Both the position numbers and the translations under genes were made by a program. Shown here piece by piece: positions 60,718 through 64,000 of a stretch of DNA of 64,000 nt. Under the pieces are notes generated by a model. The model had not been told where the DNA came from. It worked only from the letters and a program-made list of their open reading frames with translations, and ran no database searches. Within the stretch, counting starts at the first letter, position 1, and every line of letters starts with the position of its first letter. The DNA is from Leptospiraceae bacterium (GTDB taxonomy: Bacteria > Spirochaetota > Leptospiria > Leptospirales > Leptonemataceae): the NCBI GenBank assembly GCA_040217195.1, contig JAVJNR010000002.1, positions 1 through 64,000 of the forward strand, in the 5' to 3' direction.

Positions 60718-62025
60718 TCACTGAAAGCGAATGGAAATCTCACCTCGTTTCGCTTCAGTAACAATTAGCTTCTTTTTGGCTACAATTTGAAAGATCTTCG
60801 GATTGGTTGCATAAAAAGCCATTGTATCTCGCAAAGCAAAAACTCTTCCCGGATAAGTAACTTCCCATACAGTTTCGCCTTGCGAAGATCGAACTTCATT
60901 AATTCCCTTTACAGCGGTCTTCAATTGGAGATCGTCGCGAAAGATTCCGGCTTCATCAAAACTCAATCCCTGAATTTTCATGAGAATAACGTTGTTTCGG
61001 GTGATGGCTCCCCATCGACTTTGCAATCTGCTATGAGTAAATTGAGCCAGCCCAGAAAGCCTTCGATCAGGCTCTGCTCCCACAGCAAAACGTTCCATGG
61101 CGGCACGGGCTGCTGCAAGATCAGTGGTCTGGGCCCCATTTTCCACTTTGCTAAATTCTCCCAGAACTTCGCCTCGGCCCCAGAGTGTAACAATAGCAAT
61201 GTTTCCGGTGGCTTTATAGGATTTAAAGTGCTGCCCCAGGGTTGCTATGTTCTGCGGATTCGCCTCAACATTTCCTACGATCAAAACATCTGCATCCGCG
61301 GCCACAGCTCGGTCCAGAAGAACGGGAGGCACGTCGCCGGGATTGGAGGAAACCAGGGCCTCATTGATTCCTCGAGTATCCACCCTCGATGGATCCACTA
61401 TATTATATCCCTTTTGTACCAGGGCATCCCTGAGTGCGCTTGCTGCCTGAGAATTGCGCGAGTTAAAACCTTCCACACGTCTTGGCTGACCGGCCAAATT
61501 GTACTCTTCACGAATCAGCACAAGAATCCTGGGATTGCCCACCAGCTTCTGCATTAGATTGATCTGATTGTTTACATCAGCCGGACTTACTTCAAATCGA
61601 ACAAAGGCCCGGAGCATTTTGATGGTATCCAGATTGTATGTTTGCTGCTCAATAATACTGTCGTTGCGGCAAATGCCCCTGGCTTGCGTATACACTTCAA
61701 AGCCAATAGATTGACCATCGCCCACGCCGCTGCTCGTAGCCACTTCCTCTCCGATACACTTTTCTATGGCCTTCCTGCAGGCATCCTCTTTGGCCTTATC
61801 CGTGGCCGCAGCCACACTTGTATAGATTGGGGCCTCTCCATAGACTGTGATTTCACCGCGCATACAGGCATCCCTGAAATCCCCGGAAAGCCCGGAATCG
61901 TCGTTTCGACTGGATGGTCCGGAGCATGCTACCAGCACTCCAGAGATCAGAAAGGTCGCTGCCAGAGTTCTTGAAACTGAAACGAAATGAGCCCTGGGGC
62001 TCCGTAGAAAAAAGCTCTTTGCCAT
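60718..62025 (-). CDS. Lipoprotein, LipL46-like
   Basis: Lipobox LVAC; ITVYGEAPIY, IGEEV..SGVGDGQS and VGNPRI recalled from leptospiral LipL46. Confidence 0.75.
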   Translation of the reverse strand: MAKSFFLRSPRAHFVSVSRTLAATFLISGVLVACSGPSSRNDDSGLSGDFRDACMRGEITVYGEAPIYTSVAAATDKAKEDACRKAIEKCIGEEVATSSGVGDGQSIGFEVYTQARGICRNDSIIEQQTYNLDTIKMLRAFVRFEVSPADVNNQINLMQKLVGNPRILVLIREEYNLAGQPRRVEGFNSRNSQAASALRDALVQKGYNIVDPSRVDTRGINEALVSSNPGDVPPVLLDRAVAADADVLIVGNVEANPQNIATLGQHFKSYKATGNIAIVTLWGRGEVLGEFSKVENGAQTTDLAAARAAMERFAVGAEPDRRLSGLAQFTHSRLQSRWGAITRNNVILMKIQGLSFDEAGIFRDDLQLKTAVKGINEVRSSQGETVWEVTYPGRVFALRDTMAFYATNPKIFQIVAKKKLIVTEAKRGEISIRFQ

Positions 62026-62078
62026 ACCTATTAGAGGCGAAAACCGCATTCCGGGTCAAGTAGATACAATTTTTTCTT

Positions 62079-62624
62079 ATGCTTTGGGCTCTAAATCCGA
62101 TGGATGAATCGATGATCTTCCCGGCTTTAGAAAAGACTCTGCGAGAGCAGTCCCGACTTGTAAAAGAAGCCCTTTGTCTGGAAAAGGATAAGGGACGGGC
62201 AATTGCAGAAGCTAATGGAAAGAAGCTCACCGAGCTGAGCGGCCGCCTGGAACCCATAGTTGCGGCAATGGAAAAGGCGGAGAATGAGCGGATAGAGAGC
62301 TGTCGCAGATTGCAGCTACAGCGCCCAGACCTATTCGATACAAAAAGTGAGCTACGAGCACATGATCTAATGCATGCCCTGGATCTCCTGGAAGAACAGG
62401 GAGTGCCAGTGGAGCAGGAAAGGGATCTACTTTCATTGCTATTGCTGGATCTTCGTAAGCTACAGACTCTAAACCAGGAAAACCAGAACTCCCTGGAACG
62501 TGCCAGTACCAACCTAAATACTGTTCTGGAACAGGCTTCAGGCAAGGACAAGATGTACCGTCCTGCAGGCTCCGAAAAACGAAAAACGGATAGCCCCTCT
62601 CTAATCCTGAACGCCACCGTTTAA
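62079..62624 (+). CDS. flgN: Flagellar export chaperone FlgN
   Basis: Helical protein with ENERI, LNQENQ, MYRPAG and C-terminal LILNATV; lies upstream of flgK. Confidence 0.75.
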   Translation: MLWALNPMDESMIFPALEKTLREQSRLVKEALCLEKDKGRAIAEANGKKLTELSGRLEPIVAAMEKAENERIESCRRLQLQRPDLFDTKSELRAHDLMHALDLLEEQGVPVEQERDLLSLLLLDLRKLQTLNQENQNSLERASTNLNTVLEQASGKDKMYRPAGSEKRKTDSPSLILNATV

Positions 62625-63130
62625 CAAAAAAGGCCCCTTACCTTACCCCGCCGGAATCTTCCGGTCGGTCCTTTTTTTCCTGGAATTCCAATTGCTCTGG
62701 CGATTCATTCCGGACAGTACCTTTATGCGAATCAAATCCAGTTAGAACGAATCAAAGCATTCGCATCCAGAAGAGCGCCAGAGTCTGGCTCAAAAATTTT
62801 GCAGTGTCCGCTGAATCTACAAACTGTTCCGTTAACTCATGCGCCCGGATTTCCATCGCACAGGACCGGGCTTAATTTCATTCACGCCGTAGCTTTTCGG
62901 GCAAATCCCGGCATTCCCCTGGCACCTGAAAGTTAGAACTTTCCGAAATTAACTTTGCTGAAATTGATCAGCTTCCGAACCATTCGCCTTATGTCTCTTT
63001 ATTGTTCCCCGAACTTCCCTATTCCCCTGGAACTCTCGCATTTCGATCGAACCTTCCCTTTCCTTGAGAGCATTTCCGGTTTTTACTCATCCTTTTGTTG
63101 CAGCTTCCGAGAAGATAAAGGGAGGCTTCT

Positions 63131-64000
63131 ATGAGCTCAACATTTGGCGGATTCGAAATAGCAAAAAGAGGACTGAATGTGCATCAAACTGCAATTCAGA
63201 CTACAGGCCACAACATTGCCAATGCAGATAATGAAAACTATTCCAGACAGAGAGTGAACCTGGAGAGTATGGATCCGCTATATGCGCCTGCCTTAAACCG
63301 TGCTAACGTCAAAGGTCAGCAAGGCCAGGGAGTACAGGTAGCATCCATTGAACGGATTAGAAATACATTCTACGATGATCAAATAGCAGATGCAAACAAT
63401 GTTAAAAATTACTGGGGTGCCTCTTCCGATTATCTGCAACAAATAGAGCGGATTTTTAATGAACCATCTGACAATTCGCTTCGTACCCTGGGCGATAAGT
63501 TCTGGCAGAGCTGGCAAGAACTCTCCACCTATCCTTCAGATAGAGCTCACCGAGAGGTTGTACTTGAACGAGGAAATGCACTGACTACTCGGATGTCAGA
63601 TATCTATAATAAGCTTACAGATCTGAGGCATCGTGCAAATCGCGAAGTGATCGCCGATGTTCGAACAATCAATTCCCTGGCATCTGACATTCGTGATCTG
63701 AACGAAAGGATACTCAAACTTCAGGCTCTGGGTGATCAACCAAACGATTTAATGGACCGCAGAGATGCTGCCATTGAAAAGCTTTCTGGAATTGCCAACA
63801 TCCGAATTGGCCGCGGAGATAAAGATGAGCTGATCGTTTTTATTGGTGAGCAAGCCCTGGTCCAGGGCGAAATCCACAGGAAACTAAAGACCGAACCAGA
63901 TGCGAAGAACGATGGAATGGCCAAGATCCTCTGGGAGCATAATGATAAAGAACTGATTCTCAGCGGCGGACACTTATTCGGTCTCAAGCAAATGCGCGAT
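63131..64000 (+). CDS. flgK: Flagellar hook-associated protein FlgK (3'-truncated by the window)
   Basis: GGAGG RBS; MSSTFGGFEIAKRGL...TGHNIANADNENYSRQRV...GQGV...FNEP...PNDLMDRRD; absent from the ORF track because it has no stop in the window. Confidence 0.95.
   Translation, partial: MSSTFGGFEIAKRGLNVHQTAIQTTGHNIANADNENYSRQRVNLESMDPLYAPALNRANVKGQQGQGVQVASIERIRNTFYDDQIADANNVKNYWGASSDYLQQIERIFNEPSDNSLRTLGDKFWQSWQELSTYPSDRAHREVVLERGNALTTRMSDIYNKLTDLRHRANREVIADVRTINSLASDIRDLNERILKLQALGDQPNDLMDRRDAAIEKLSGIANIRIGRGDKDELIVFIGEQALVQGEIHRKLKTEPDAKNDGMAKILWEHNDKELILSGGHLFGLKQMRD

Noticed and set aside
60787..62617. Long antisense ORFs 60787-61557 and 61853-62617
   Set aside because: They shadow the LipL46-like and flgN genes on the opposite strand and have no recognisable motifs.

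Overview
Gene-dense bacterial chromosome segment, most likely from a Leptospiraceae spirochaete (inferred from a LipL46-like lipoprotein beside flgN-flgK, 7TM-DISM sensors and many spirochaete-type lipoproteins). Housekeeping genes (truD, Fpg/Nei glycosylase, valS, purD, pip, thiolase, flgN, partial flgK) are interleaved with an 11-gene Mrp-type cation/H+ antiporter operon, a copper-efflux cluster (CusCBA-like, His-repeat P1B ATPase, small Met/His-rich protein), TetR/MarR modules with visible operators, and several long perfect short tandem repeats. No CRISPR array, transposase, integrase, tRNA or rRNA was recognised. The top finding is a closely coupled pair of 7TM-DISM hybrid histidine kinases (48551-53400) with reciprocal defects. 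The first keeps the ATP-binding domain but has lost the phospho-acceptor His and has a degenerate receiver. The second keeps the His and a receiver but has a dead ATP-binding domain, suggesting an obligate heterodimeric split kinase. Also notable: a CphA-like (subclass B2) metallo-beta-lactamase homologue with altered metal ligands, an SH3 + zinc-less M48 + CHASE2 adenylate cyclase operon, an ECF sigma-clpP pair, and a rod-shaped 6S-like RNA candidate. All family calls come from motif recognition by eye; no database searches were run.
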